Shown here piece after piece: positions 20,691 through 30,356 of a stretch of 52,228 nt of DNA; positions within the stretch are counted from its first letter, which is position 1; every line of letters starts with the position of its first letter. Under the pieces are notes generated by a model, which did no database searches, was not told the DNA's origin, and worked only from the letters and a program-made list of their open reading frames with translations. The position numbers were made by a program, and so were the translations under genes. Source of the DNA: Pseudomonadales bacterium (GTDB lineage Bacteria; Pseudomonadota; Gammaproteobacteria; Pseudomonadales; JAUIET01); the NCBI GenBank assembly GCA_051008535.1, contig JBPCXM010000028.1, positions 1-52,228 of the forward strand. Direction: 5' to 3'.

Positions 20691-21158
20691 TTAGAGATCG
20701 TCGTTCGTTTCATAAGGAGGTGGAAACTTCAGCGTCGTCAATATATCGGTTTCCAACTGTTCCATGCGTTGGGCCTCGGTGCATTGCACGTGATCGTAGC
20801 CAAGCAGATGTAAAACTCCGTGTACGACCATATGCGCCCAATGTGCCGCACTGCTCTTGCCTTGTTGCTTAGCTTCGCGTTCTACTACCGGCGCGCAGAT
20901 CACGATGTCACCCAATAAGTCACAAGCTATTTCAGCGATGGCTTGCTGTGGAAAAGCTAACACGTTAGTCGCACCGTTTTTGTGCCGATATTGCTCATTG
21001 AGCGACGCCATCTCAGGCTCGTCAACGATGCGAATGCAGAGTTCGGCATTCTGAACGCGGTCACCAGTCGCACCCAGCACCCAGTTTTGTAGGCTTGGTT
21101 GCGATGGTATGGCATTGCTGGCTGAGGCGTTTTGCACGCTGAGTTCAATACCGTTCAT
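20691..21158 (-). CDS. ybeY: rRNA maturation endoribonuclease YbeY
   Basis: HGVLHLLGYDH zinc-binding motif; 155 aa; 4-nt overlap with ybeZ. Confidence 0.95.
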   Translation of the reverse strand: MNGIELSVQNASASNAIPSQPSLQNWVLGATGDRVQNAELCIRIVDEPEMASLNEQYRHKNGATNVLAFPQQAIAEIACDLLGDIVICAPVVEREAKQQGKSSAAHWAHMVVHGVLHLLGYDHVQCTEAQRMEQLETDILTTLKFPPPYETNDDL

Positions 21159-22210
21159 TCTTTGCTATTGGCATTGGCGCCGCGGCCGGAAGACGAGTTG
21201 CGGTCTGAAGAGTGGCCTTCCTCGGGCTTTTCTTGCAGTTCGTGGCGGTCGTAGGCTTCAACGATACGCTGGACCAGCGCATGGCGAACTACGTCCTTGG
21301 CTTGAAAATAGGTAAAACCAATACCGTCGACTTTGTGCAATACAGTGCTGGCATGAATCAAACCGGAAGCGGTTCCCTTGGGTAAATCTATCTGCGTGAG
21401 GTCGCCGGTAATGACGGCCGTAGAACCGAAGCCGATTCGTGTCAAAAACATTTTCATCTGCGCTTTTGTAGTGTTCTGGCTTTCGTCGAGGATGATAAAT
21501 GAATTATTCAGCGTGCGCCCACGCATGTACGCGAGCGGAGCGACTTCAATAACATTGCGCTCAATCAGCTTGCCAACGGCGTCGAAGCCGAGCATTTCAT
21601 ATAAGGCGTCGTACAGGGGGCGAAGGTAGGGATCGATTTTTTGTGCCAGATCGCCGGGTAGAAAACCCAATTTTTCGCCGGCTTCCACCGCCGGCCGCAC
21701 CAGCAATATGCGCCGCACTTGTTCCTGCTCCAGCGCGGCGACGGCACACGCGACAGCCAGATAGGTCTTGCCCGTACCCGCAGGGCCAATGCCGAAATTA
21801 ATATCTTGTTGCGCAATGCTGCGCACATAGCTACGCTGATTGGCACCACGCGGTTTGATCGCCGCACGTCGAAGACGAATGACTCCCGGATCTTCCGGTG
21901 CTGCACCTTCTGCTTCAGACACTTCTCCCTCACGGTTCGCCTCCTGCAAATGCAGGTGCACAAGGTTAGGCGTGATCTCCTCGTTATGCTCGGTTTGCGC
22001 GTATAAATCAAGCAGAATTTGTTGCGCCGCGCACGCTGGTGCGCGCGGGCCGCTGATTTGGAACTCGTGGCCACGATTGCTGATATTGATCTGCAGCCGT
22101 TGTTCGATCTGCTTCAGGTGCTCGTCGAACTGACCACAAAGATTGGCTAGCCGGCGTGCACTGTTGGGCTCAAGGGTGAGCTCTGTTTGAAAGGTGGTAC
22201 TCGAATTCAA
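21155..22210 (-). CDS. ybeZ: PhoH-like ATPase YbeZ
   Basis: Walker A GPAGTGKTYLAV, PhoH family; 351 aa. Confidence 0.93.
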   Translation of the reverse strand: MNSSTTFQTELTLEPNSARRLANLCGQFDEHLKQIEQRLQINISNRGHEFQISGPRAPACAAQQILLDLYAQTEHNEEITPNLVHLHLQEANREGEVSEAEGAAPEDPGVIRLRRAAIKPRGANQRSYVRSIAQQDINFGIGPAGTGKTYLAVACAVAALEQEQVRRILLVRPAVEAGEKLGFLPGDLAQKIDPYLRPLYDALYEMLGFDAVGKLIERNVIEVAPLAYMRGRTLNNSFIILDESQNTTKAQMKMFLTRIGFGSTAVITGDLTQIDLPKGTASGLIHASTVLHKVDGIGFTYFQAKDVVRHALVQRIVEAYDRHELQEKPEEGHSSDRNSSSGRGANANSKE

Positions 22211-22312
22211 GCTGGGCCTGAAAGCCGCGAGGCAGTTCCTCTATATTGATTAAGCATATACGGAATAATTCATCAGTCAAAGCAAAAGTTTATGTATGTG
22301 GGTGAGCATTAT

Positions 22313-23680
22313 TCATGCAATTTTGCTGTTTATGGATGTGCTGGTCTCCGCCAGTAGTTCACCGCGCAAGGAGTGCGGCAAAGCCTCATTGATGAGCAAC
22401 CCTGCAAACTGGCCGATCAGGCTGTGGTCGCTAGCGCTGAAGTTAACCACGCGGTTGTTCTCGGTGCGGGCTTGGAGTTGCCCGGGGTCTTTTCTGGATA
22501 CGCCGGTAACCAGCACCCGCTGTTCACTGCCCACCATGCGCCGACTAATCGCCTGTGTCTGCTGGTTGATGCGGTCTTGCAAAATAGCCAAGCGCTGCTT
22601 TTTGACTTCCAGTGACGTGTTGTCTGGTAACTCTGCTGCCGGTGTGCCTGGTCTGGCGCTATAGATGAAGCTGAAACTGTGATCGAAACCGAGCTCCTGG
22701 ATCAAGTTCATCGTGGCTTCAAAATCGGCGTCTGTCTCGCCCGGAAAACCGATAATGAAATCGGATGAAAGGCTCAAGTCCGGGCGGACACGCCGCAAGC
22801 GGCGAATCTTCGCCTTGTATTCCAGTACCGTGTGACCGCGCTTCATTAATGCCAGGATGCGATCGGAGCCGGCTTGCACCGGCAAATGCAGATGGTCTAC
22901 CAGCGCTGGGATTTCCGCGTACACGTCGATCAGCGCGTCACTGAATTCCACCGGGTGTGAGGTCGTGTAGCGGATGCGCGCTATGCCGGGTATTGCTGCC
23001 ACATAGGTCAATAGCTCAGCAAAATCCATGCTCTCATTTAAGTGATTACGGTCACGGTAAGCATTAACGTTTTGGCCCAGCAGGTTGACTTCGCGGACGC
23101 CGCCATCGGCCAAGCGCGAGATCTCTGCTATCACGTCGTCAAACGGGCGGCTGACCTCTTCGCCGCGAGTGTAGGGAACGACGCAAAAACTGCAGTACTT
23201 GCTGCAGCCTTCCATAATCGACACAAACGCTGTCGGGCCTTCGATTTTAGGTTCCGGTAGGTGGTCAAATTTTTCAATTTCCGGAAAGCTGACATCTACC
23301 AACGCTGATCCCTTGCCGGCGGCATCGAGCATCTTCGGTAATCGGTGTAGCGTCTGCGGGCCGAATATGACGTCTACATAAGGGGCACGTGTGCTGATTG
23401 CCGTGCCCTCCTGGCTGGCGACACAGCCGCCAACACCAATGATGATATCCGGGTTTTTATCTTTCAACTGGCGCCAGCGCCCGAGCTGATGGAACACCTT
23501 TTCTTGCGCTTTTTCGCGAATCGAGCAAGTATTCAACAACAATACATCGGCATCTTCGGCGCTATCCGTCAGCTGCAGGCCATGCGTGTGACCGAGAAGG
23601 TCGCCTATGCGGCTGGAGTCATATTCGTTCATCTGGCAACCATGAGTTTTGATGAACAATTTCTTCGAATGCTGGGCCAT
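22313..23680 (-). CDS. miaB: tRNA-2-methylthio-N6-dimethylallyladenosine synthase
   Basis: N-terminal [12 protein letters not shown], radical-SAM [12 protein letters not shown]-terminal TRAM domain; 455 aa. Confidence 0.96.
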   Translation of the reverse strand: MAQHSKKLFIKTHGCQMNEYDSSRIGDLLGHTHGLQLTDSAEDADVLLLNTCSIREKAQEKVFHQLGRWRQLKDKNPDIIIGVGGCVASQEGTAISTRAPYVDVIFGPQTLHRLPKMLDAAGKGSALVDVSFPEIEKFDHLPEPKIEGPTAFVSIMEGCSKYCSFCVVPYTRGEEVSRPFDDVIAEISRLADGGVREVNLLGQNVNAYRDRNHLNESMDFAELLTYVAAIPGIARIRYTTSHPVEFSDALIDVYAEIPALVDHLHLPVQAGSDRILALMKRGHTVLEYKAKIRRLRRVRPDLSLSSDFIIGFPGETDADFEATMNLIQELGFDHSFSFIYSARPGTPAAELPDNTSLEVKKQRLAILQDRINQQTQAISRRMVGSEQRVLVTGVSRKDPGQLQARTENNRVVNFSASDHSLIGQFAGLLINEALPHSLRGELLAETSTSINSKIA

Positions 23681-23832
23681 ATAGTGGATAATTCGGTGCC
23701 TGTTTTTTTGGGGCGAGCATTATACCTGCGGTATACGCTTAGGCACAGCTATACTGAGGTATGTGTAAGCGCTATGATATGCTATGTCTATAGCAGGTCC
23801 TACTTCCACCCTATTTCTGGTAATCCCGCCCC

Positions 23833-24183
23833 ATGAGCAATGAAGCGATCTACAAGGTTATTTTTCAGAGCCAAAACCAGGTTTATGAGGTCTACGCGCG
23901 CGAAATCTATCAAAGTGATATGTATGGTTTTATTGAAGTAGAAGAGTTCGTGTTTGGCGAGCGCAGCCAGGTGTTGGTCGACCCCGGTGAAGAAAAGCTC
24001 AAAAATGAGTTCAGTGGTGTTACCCGCAGCTACATTCCGATGCATGCCATCATCCGCATCGACGAAGTCGAGAAAGAGGGCATAGCCAAAATCAGCGACA
24101 ATAAAAGCAGCGGCGACAAGGTGACCCACTTGCCATCGTCGAATTTGCGCCCGCGCGGCGGCAGTTTAGATAAGTCCGACTAA
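23833..24183 (+). CDS. DUF1820 family protein
   Basis: IYKVIFQSQNQVYEVYAREIYQSDMYGFIEVEEFVFGE pattern. Divergent from miaB, as in Pseudomonas. Confidence 0.8.
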   Translation: MSNEAIYKVIFQSQNQVYEVYAREIYQSDMYGFIEVEEFVFGERSQVLVDPGEEKLKNEFSGVTRSYIPMHAIIRIDEVEKEGIAKISDNKSSGDKVTHLPSSNLRPRGGSLDKSD

Positions 24184-25463
24184 TTTGCCAGCCGCTGCTG
24201 CACCGTCGCCAACCTAACACAGGTGGTAAATACCTGCATGGCTTGTTGTAACTCATCCAAAGTAGGGTAACTCGGCGCGAGACGGATGTTACTGTCGGCC
24301 GGATCTTTGCCATATGGAAACGTCGCGCCGGCGGCGGTTAGTTTCACACCCGCGTCAGCCGCCATGTCGACGACTTGGGTGGCCAGACCAGGCAGCGTGT
24401 CAAACGATACGAAGTATCCACCCTGCGGGTGTGACCAACTGCCGTAGCCATCATTTCCAAGAACTTTTTCCAGCTGTCCAAACACTAGCTGAAATTTAGG
24501 CGCGAGAATTTCAGCATGCTGGCGCATATGTTGCTCTATCGTTGCCTTGTTGCGCAAAAACAACACATGACGTTGCTGATTGATTTTGTCGGGCCCAATG
24601 GTGCTGGCCGCCAGCGCGGCTTTGAAGTGTTTTAGATTCTGCTGCGAAGCGCCCATATAGCCAAGGCCTGCGCTGGCAAAGGTGATTTTGGACGTGGAGC
24701 CGAATATCAGCACTGAGTTTTCCGTGCCTTGTTCGCGACAAGCGTCCATGATGGGCAGTACGTTGGGCGCATCATCAGTCAGGGCATGCACCGCGTAGGC
24801 GTTATCCCAGAAAATTCGGAAGTTAGGGCCAGCTTTGTGCGCGAGCCGCGCAATTTGTTGCACGATTTCATCACGGTAAACGTGGCCAGTAGGATTGGAA
24901 AAGCGCGGTACACACCAGATACCCTTAATACTTGAATCGCCCGCTACCAAATCCTCAACGCGATCCATATTGGGCCCATCGGCCGTGAAGGGCACGTTAA
25001 CCATGGCAATGCCCAATTGTTCGCAAATCGTAAAGTGGCGGTCATAGCCTGGCACCGGGCACAGAAACTTGACGGTACCTTCGTTGCGCCACTCACTTCC
25101 AGCGCCCTGGGTGCCAAAATGCAGCGCATGTAATACGCTCTGGTACATTAATGAGAGACTGCTGTTGCCACCGATGAGAACTTCTTCAGGCTTGACGCCT
25201 AGCAGGGGAGAGAATAGCGTTTTGGCTTCAGCGATGCCGTCCAGGCCGCCATAATTGCGCAAATCTATCGTGCCATTGTGGTATGTGCCGCCCAGGGCAC
25301 CGTCCAGCGCGTTGGACAAATCCAACTGGGCGTCGCTTGGTTTACCACGGGTGAGGTCGAGCTTTATCCCCGAAGCTTTAAACGCGCTGAGTTGTGCGGA
25401 GAGCGTAACTTCCAGCGCAAGCAATTCTTGCCGGGTGGCAGAATGTGGTGACATAAAACCCAA
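24180..25463 (-). CDS. class I/II PLP-dependent aminotransferase (aspartate-aminotransferase-like)
   Basis: 427 aa with N-terminal DLTRGKPS, NPTG and a STSKITFASAG candidate PLP-lysine region. Its stop overlaps the DUF1820 stop (CTAA). Confidence 0.8.
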   Translation of the reverse strand: MGFMSPHSATRQELLALEVTLSAQLSAFKASGIKLDLTRGKPSDAQLDLSNALDGALGGTYHNGTIDLRNYGGLDGIAEAKTLFSPLLGVKPEEVLIGGNSSLSLMYQSVLHALHFGTQGAGSEWRNEGTVKFLCPVPGYDRHFTICEQLGIAMVNVPFTADGPNMDRVEDLVAGDSSIKGIWCVPRFSNPTGHVYRDEIVQQIARLAHKAGPNFRIFWDNAYAVHALTDDAPNVLPIMDACREQGTENSVLIFGSTSKITFASAGLGYMGASQQNLKHFKAALAASTIGPDKINQQRHVLFLRNKATIEQHMRQHAEILAPKFQLVFGQLEKVLGNDGYGSWSHPQGGYFVSFDTLPGLATQVVDMAADAGVKLTAAGATFPYGKDPADSNIRLAPSYPTLDELQQAMQVFTTCVRLATVQQRLAN

Positions 25464-25531
25464 TGTCTTAAGGAGGCGACAGAGGGGGTATTATACAGGT
25501 AGCGCGCGTTATTATATTGTGCGGGTCGCTA

Positions 25532-25879
25532 TCAGGCGAGTGCGCCGTGCATATTGATCAGTTCGGATATCAATTCTTCTGCGGTTTCAGATGCGTCGAT
25601 GATCTGAAAACCCGCCCAATGACGACCGTCCTGATTCGCCTCACGGCACCACAGGCAGTCTGCACCAACGTTAATCACACTGTGTTCACCAATCGGGTCG
25701 GGCAGGGTCAACGCGAATTGATAGATTGAACCAGGTTGTAAGGCTTGATCCGTACTCAGCATCATACCTTCAACAGTGATGTTAACGACTTCGCCTGTCG
25801 CGCAGCCGTTGACAATATCAACCACCTTGATGGCTTGGCGAAGCTCCATACGTTCATGTTTTCGTTGATGCTCTGTCAT
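25532..25879 (-). CDS. PilZ domain protein (putative c-di-GMP receptor)
   Basis: 115 aa with RKHER (RxxxR) followed by NITVEGM ((D/N)x(S/T)xxG). Confidence 0.75.
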   Translation of the reverse strand: MTEHQRKHERMELRQAIKVVDIVNGCATGEVVNITVEGMMLSTDQALQPGSIYQFALTLPDPIGEHSVINVGADCLWCREANQDGRHWAGFQIIDASETAEELISELINMHGALA

Positions 25880-25935
25880 AGTTACCTCTACTCGCTAATA
25901 TTTTAAGTCTAGCAGACCATGGAAAAACGCAATAT

Positions 25936-27489
25936 TTACGACGCCGCGTTCGTCCGGAGTTTACGTGCCGTTAACTGCGCTGCTCTGTGGTATTTAATAA
26001 GCTGTTGCAAAAAATGCCTGATTTCCAGGTCTTCGCTGCCGGCGGCGATCAGACTTTGCCGTATTGGCGGTGCAATGATGGTAAACTCGGGCGCGCTTAT
26101 CTCGGTCACAGGCGCCACATAGGCAAGAATTTGGTCGACCATTGCCAGCGTCTGGCTCGCCTGCTCGCTTTGATTGCCGGCGTCAAGATACTGGCTTGTC
26201 ACGTAATTTGCCCAGGTGCCGGTTAGAAATACGGCAACTGATTTGGGTACGCCCTGCTCGTGATCCTTTATCCTCGCTTTAATGATCTGGCTAATGTGCT
26301 GCTTCAGCTGTTGCAGTTTTGCTTTGCCATCGCGGCCTTTTTGCCGTTTGTCGTATTGTTTCGTGATTTGCCGGTCGCATTGGCGCAAATAAGCGCTGAA
26401 GCGAAATGCCAAATCGGAAAACACCTGACGGTTACCGTCGCTTTCGTCAACCAAGCGCTGCACTACCGATTTGATTTCCATCAACAACGCCGGTTTTTGC
26501 AGGTCGCCGGCTTTGTCGCGGTAGATGGTGCACGCTTCGGCCAAACTATCGAGCAGACGTTTCGCAGGATGTCGTTCAGAATTTGCAAACGAAGCATCTG
26601 AAAGCGCAAGTTTCACGTAAGGGGTGTAAAGACGGCTTAAGTGATTTTTCAGATGCTCGCTCACAGCCGGGTTGCTTAATAACTCATGAAACAGCTCACC
26701 GATGTACTCTACCGGTTCCAGGTCGGTACCATCATTAGCAGCTGCACTGTGAGCGGGGGTGCCGAAAACATGTGCGCTGCCGGGTTCATGGCATAGGTCG
26801 TCGCCGGCCTCATGGGCTTCAACAAGCGCTTGTTGAAAACCGCTCAATGAGTCGCGCTGTTGGTCGCTGTCGTCGTCGATATATTTGAGATTGGGCAGAA
26901 TGCCTTGCCCCGCTAAACTCTGATTGACGTCGATGTACAGGGCGCCCAACTGCCGCAAAAACTCATAGTCAAAGACTTTAAACGCGACGATACGAGTATG
27001 CAGGTCCCACGGTAGGTTCTGTATTGCCTGCTCCAGCGCCAGTGCAAAATTGACTGGTGCCAAGGGATTTGTGGCGGTAATAATCTTGTGCTGACCGATC
27101 ACTGATAAGCGCTTGTTTAACATGTATAGCAATTCACTAAAGCGTTGCTCGGCCTTATCGATCATCACTGGCAGTGCCAACTCACCCTCCAGCGTTTCGC
27201 TGGTCGTACCGGAAGTCGCGAGCCGGTCGCTTTCCTCTTCGAGCATGCCTTGAAAGTCGGCGAAGGTATATAGCGTCGATGCCAGAAAAGTGTTGGTGAA
27301 TTCTTTGTGCGCACTTCTTGGCAACTGAGTCATCGCCAACACGTCCGCTGCGGTTTGTGAGGTACCGAGCGCGCGCAGCTGTGCGCTCTTCAGCTCAAAC
27401 TTGTTTAAAAAAACAGCTAAATGGTCGGTGCAGAACGACTGCGTCAGGCGCAGCATCTCATGCAGCATTATATTTTTGACTGGCTTCAT
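25936..27489 (-). CDS. DUF1631-like protein
   Basis: 517 aa, helical. HPAKRLLDSLAEA and NPLAPVNFALALEQAI resemble DUF1631 motifs from memory. It lies 56 nt upstream of the PilZ gene on the same strand. Confidence 0.55.
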   Translation of the reverse strand: MKPVKNIMLHEMLRLTQSFCTDHLAVFLNKFELKSAQLRALGTSQTAADVLAMTQLPRSAHKEFTNTFLASTLYTFADFQGMLEEESDRLATSGTTSETLEGELALPVMIDKAEQRFSELLYMLNKRLSVIGQHKIITATNPLAPVNFALALEQAIQNLPWDLHTRIVAFKVFDYEFLRQLGALYIDVNQSLAGQGILPNLKYIDDDSDQQRDSLSGFQQALVEAHEAGDDLCHEPGSAHVFGTPAHSAAANDGTDLEPVEYIGELFHELLSNPAVSEHLKNHLSRLYTPYVKLALSDASFANSERHPAKRLLDSLAEACTIYRDKAGDLQKPALLMEIKSVVQRLVDESDGNRQVFSDLAFRFSAYLRQCDRQITKQYDKRQKGRDGKAKLQQLKQHISQIIKARIKDHEQGVPKSVAVFLTGTWANYVTSQYLDAGNQSEQASQTLAMVDQILAYVAPVTEISAPEFTIIAPPIRQSLIAAGSEDLEIRHFLQQLIKYHRAAQLTARKLRTNAAS

Positions 27490-27702
27490 ATTTAATCTAT
27501 TTAAAACAATGACTTAAAATTGCCATATCAACGCAGCCCGGCGGCTTCACGCAGTCGGGCACTATGTTTTTGAGTATAGACAAGTTCACAAAATGCGCAC
27601 AATTTGGCCGATTTATTTATTTTTTGATCAGTCGTATACGCGCTTTAGCCACCTTGACGCTGTTTGCTTGGCTATATCCTTGGCTCTTTCCTTGCCTCTC
27701 TC

Positions 27703-27731
27703 CTTGAATATGCCGTCGACTGTCCTTACAT
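27703..27731 (+). promoter_or_regulatory. candidate sigma-32 (heat-shock) promoter of lon
   Basis: CTCTCCTTGAA (CTTGAA at 27703-27708), 15-nt spacer, CCTTACAT (27724-27731), resembling the E. coli sigma-32 consensus CTTGAA / CCCCATnT; 41 nt upstream of the ATG at 27772. Confidence 0.35.
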
Positions 27732-27771
27732 TAACCACTCCTCCCGCGTCACTGGACCTTCCCCGAAGCTT

Positions 27772-30162
27772 ATGACTGAGCAAGAGAACGAGATTATTCA
27801 AGCGTCGCCTGACCATTCAAAAGATCTGGCCGCTCCCGATCAAATATTGCCGGAAAAACTATACGTGCTACCGATTGGTGGAAGGCCCTTCTTCCCCGCG
27901 CAAATTCAACCGGTTTCCGTTAGCAAACAGCGCTGGGAAGAAACACTAAAGCGTGTTGTCAAAACGCCTCATCTGGCTGTTGGGCTCGTGTATGTAGGTG
28001 ACGAAGAGCCGGAACACATCGAGCCGGAGAAGTTTCCCACTATTGGCTGTGTTGTCCGTCTGCACAACGTGCATGCGGTAGATGAGGGCCTGCAATTTAT
28101 CGCGCAGGGAATCAAGCGCTTTCGTATCGCCAACTGGCTCAGCAAGGAGAGCCCTTACCTGGCGCAGGTGCAGTACCCCGATCACCGCGATGAAAACGAA
28201 GACGAAGTCAAAGCGTACGCGATGGCTATCGTGAAAGCGATCAAGGACTTGCTGCCGCTAAATCCGCTATATACGGAAGAGTTAAAGAATTACCTCAATC
28301 ATTTCAGCCCGAACGATCCATCGCCCCTGACCGATTTCGCCGCCGCGATAACATCCGCCAAAGGCAGCGATTTGCAGGATATTCTACAGACCGTTCCGCT
28401 GCTGCCGCGCATGGAAAAAGTGCTGTTATTGCTGCGCAAGGAAATGGAAGCAGCCAAGCTGCAAACGCAAATAAGCGCTGAGGTCAATGAAAAAGTCAGC
28501 GATAATCAGCGTGAGTTCTTCCTGCGCGAACAACTGAAGATTATTCAGAAAGAGCTAGGCATTTCAAAGGACGACAAAACCGCCGACGCCGACATCTTCC
28601 GCGAGCGGCTAGAGGCTTTGACCATACCCGAACATGCGCAGCAGCGTATCGATGAGGAACTAAAAAAGTTGTCGGTATTGGACACCGGGTCACCGGAGTA
28701 TGGTGTTACGCGTAACTATGTCGATTGGGTGACCTCCATCCCCTGGGGCGTTTACTCTGAAGACAAACTTGATTTACGTCACGCCGACAAAGTCTTGAAC
28801 GAACACCACGATGGCCTGGATGATGTGAAGGAACGCATTATCGAATTTCTGGCGCTGGGGGTGTTTAAAGGTGAAATATCCGGTTCGATCATCCTGCTGG
28901 TTGGCCCACCGGGCGTGGGTAAAACTTCGATTGGCCGCTCGATCGCCGACGCACTGGGGCGCGAGTTTTACCGTTTCAGCCTAGGTGGCATGCGCGACGA
29001 AGCCGAGATAAAAGGGCACAGGCGTACGTACATCGGCGCCATGCCGGGTAAGCTGGTGTTGGCGTTAAAGCAGGTTGCCGTGTCCAACCCGGTCATTATG
29101 CTTGACGAAATTGACAAGGTGGGCGCCTCCTATCAGGGTGACCCCGCGTCCGCTTTACTCGAAGTGTTAGACCCGGAGCAAAACAGTGAGTTTCTGGACA
29201 ACTACGTAGACTTGAAAATTGACCTGTCCAAGGTATTGTTTATTTGCACAGCCAATCAGTTGGATACCATCCCCGGGCCGCTGTTGGATCGCATGGAAAC
29301 TATTCGACTCGCCGGCTATATCACCGAAGAGAAACTGGCAATCGCCAAAAACCACCTATGGCCGCGCGCCCTCAAGCGTGCCGGTGTGAAATCCAGCCAG
29401 TTACGCATTAATCAGGGGGCGTTGAAAATGTTGATCGAAGGCTATGCGCGCGAGGCCGGAGTGCGCAACCTGGAGAAACAGCTACAACGTATTATTCGCA
29501 AAGCAGTGGTCAAGCTATTGAAAGGTCCCGACACGCTAAAAATACGCATTGGCAAAGCCGAGATTGAAGAATACCTCGGCCCACCCATGTTTCGACAAGA
29601 ACGCATGATCAGCGGCGTGGGTGTGGTCACCGGTCTGGCCTGGACCAGCATGGGTGGCGCAACCTTGCCGATTGAGGCCACCTGTGTCCACACGATTAAT
29701 CGCGGTTTCAAACTCACTGGCAAGCTTGGTGAGGTCATGCGCGAGTCGGCGGAAATAGCCTACAGTTATGTCATATCAAACCTCGATACCTATGGGTGTG
29801 ATCTGGAGTTCTTCGATAAATCGTATATTCATATGCATGTACCGGAAGGGGCAACGCCGAAAGACGGCCCCAGCGCCGGTGTTACGCTGGCCACCGCTTT
29901 GATCTCGCTGGCGCGCAATCAGCGAGTGCCACGGCGCCTGGCGATGACCGGCGAAATCACGCTGACAGGGCAGGTATTGGCGGTAGGTGGTATTCGCGAA
30001 AAAGTGATTGCAGCGAGAAGAAGCAAGATCGGCGAGTTAATTTTACCCGAAGCCTGCCAACGCGACTACGACGAACTCCCCGACTATATCAAGAAGGGCT
30101 TAACGGTTAACTTCGCTGAGCACTATAATGACGTATTCGAGATAGTATTCGGCGCTAAATAG
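27772..30162 (+). CDS. lon: ATP-dependent Lon protease (endopeptidase La)
   Basis: Lon N-domain (LYVLPIGGRPFFP), Walker A GPPGVGKTS, catalytic PKDGPSAGVT. ATG at 27772 is preferred over the ORF-track start. It is not adjacent to clpX, so it may be a second Lon paralog. Confidence 0.93.
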   Translation: MTEQENEIIQASPDHSKDLAAPDQILPEKLYVLPIGGRPFFPAQIQPVSVSKQRWEETLKRVVKTPHLAVGLVYVGDEEPEHIEPEKFPTIGCVVRLHNVHAVDEGLQFIAQGIKRFRIANWLSKESPYLAQVQYPDHRDENEDEVKAYAMAIVKAIKDLLPLNPLYTEELKNYLNHFSPNDPSPLTDFAAAITSAKGSDLQDILQTVPLLPRMEKVLLLLRKEMEAAKLQTQISAEVNEKVSDNQREFFLREQLKIIQKELGISKDDKTADADIFRERLEALTIPEHAQQRIDEELKKLSVLDTGSPEYGVTRNYVDWVTSIPWGVYSEDKLDLRHADKVLNEHHDGLDDVKERIIEFLALGVFKGEISGSIILLVGPPGVGKTSIGRSIADALGREFYRFSLGGMRDEAEIKGHRRTYIGAMPGKLVLALKQVAVSNPVIMLDEIDKVGASYQGDPASALLEVLDPEQNSEFLDNYVDLKIDLSKVLFICTANQLDTIPGPLLDRMETIRLAGYITEEKLAIAKNHLWPRALKRAGVKSSQLRINQGALKMLIEGYAREAGVRNLEKQLQRIIRKAVVKLLKGPDTLKIRIGKAEIEEYLGPPMFRQERMISGVGVVTGLAWTSMGGATLPIEATCVHTINRGFKLTGKLGEVMRESAEIAYSYVISNLDTYGCDLEFFDKSYIHMHVPEGATPKDGPSAGVTLATALISLARNQRVPRRLAMTGEITLTGQVLAVGGIREKVIAARRSKIGELILPEACQRDYDELPDYIKKGLTVNFAEHYNDVFEIVFGAK

Positions 30163-30170
30163 CGGCCTTC

Positions 30171-30330
30171 AGCGCGACAAATCGGCAGGATAGTCGATTA
30201 ATAGGCTATGTCCATGTAGCCAACCTGCTAATGCAGGCCAGCTAACGCTGTTCCAGTTTGCTCCAGGCAAACTGGTGCACAGCCATAGGCTGCCCGATAG
30301 GGCGGGCCACATGGACGTGGCGCGTGATTA
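30171..30330 (+). repeat. family-3 structured intergenic repeat, copy 2 (expanded by a 76-nt insertion), between lon and the RND adaptor
   Basis: Flanks match copy 1 (see 9281-9374). The extra segment 30200-30275 folds into three hairpins: GGCTA/TAGCC at 30204-30221, CCTGC/GCAGG at 30224-30237, and CCAGTTTGC/GCAAACTGG at 30253-30275. Confidence 0.75.
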
Positions 30331-30356
30331 AGGTCGCACCTACAACCAGAGTTTTT

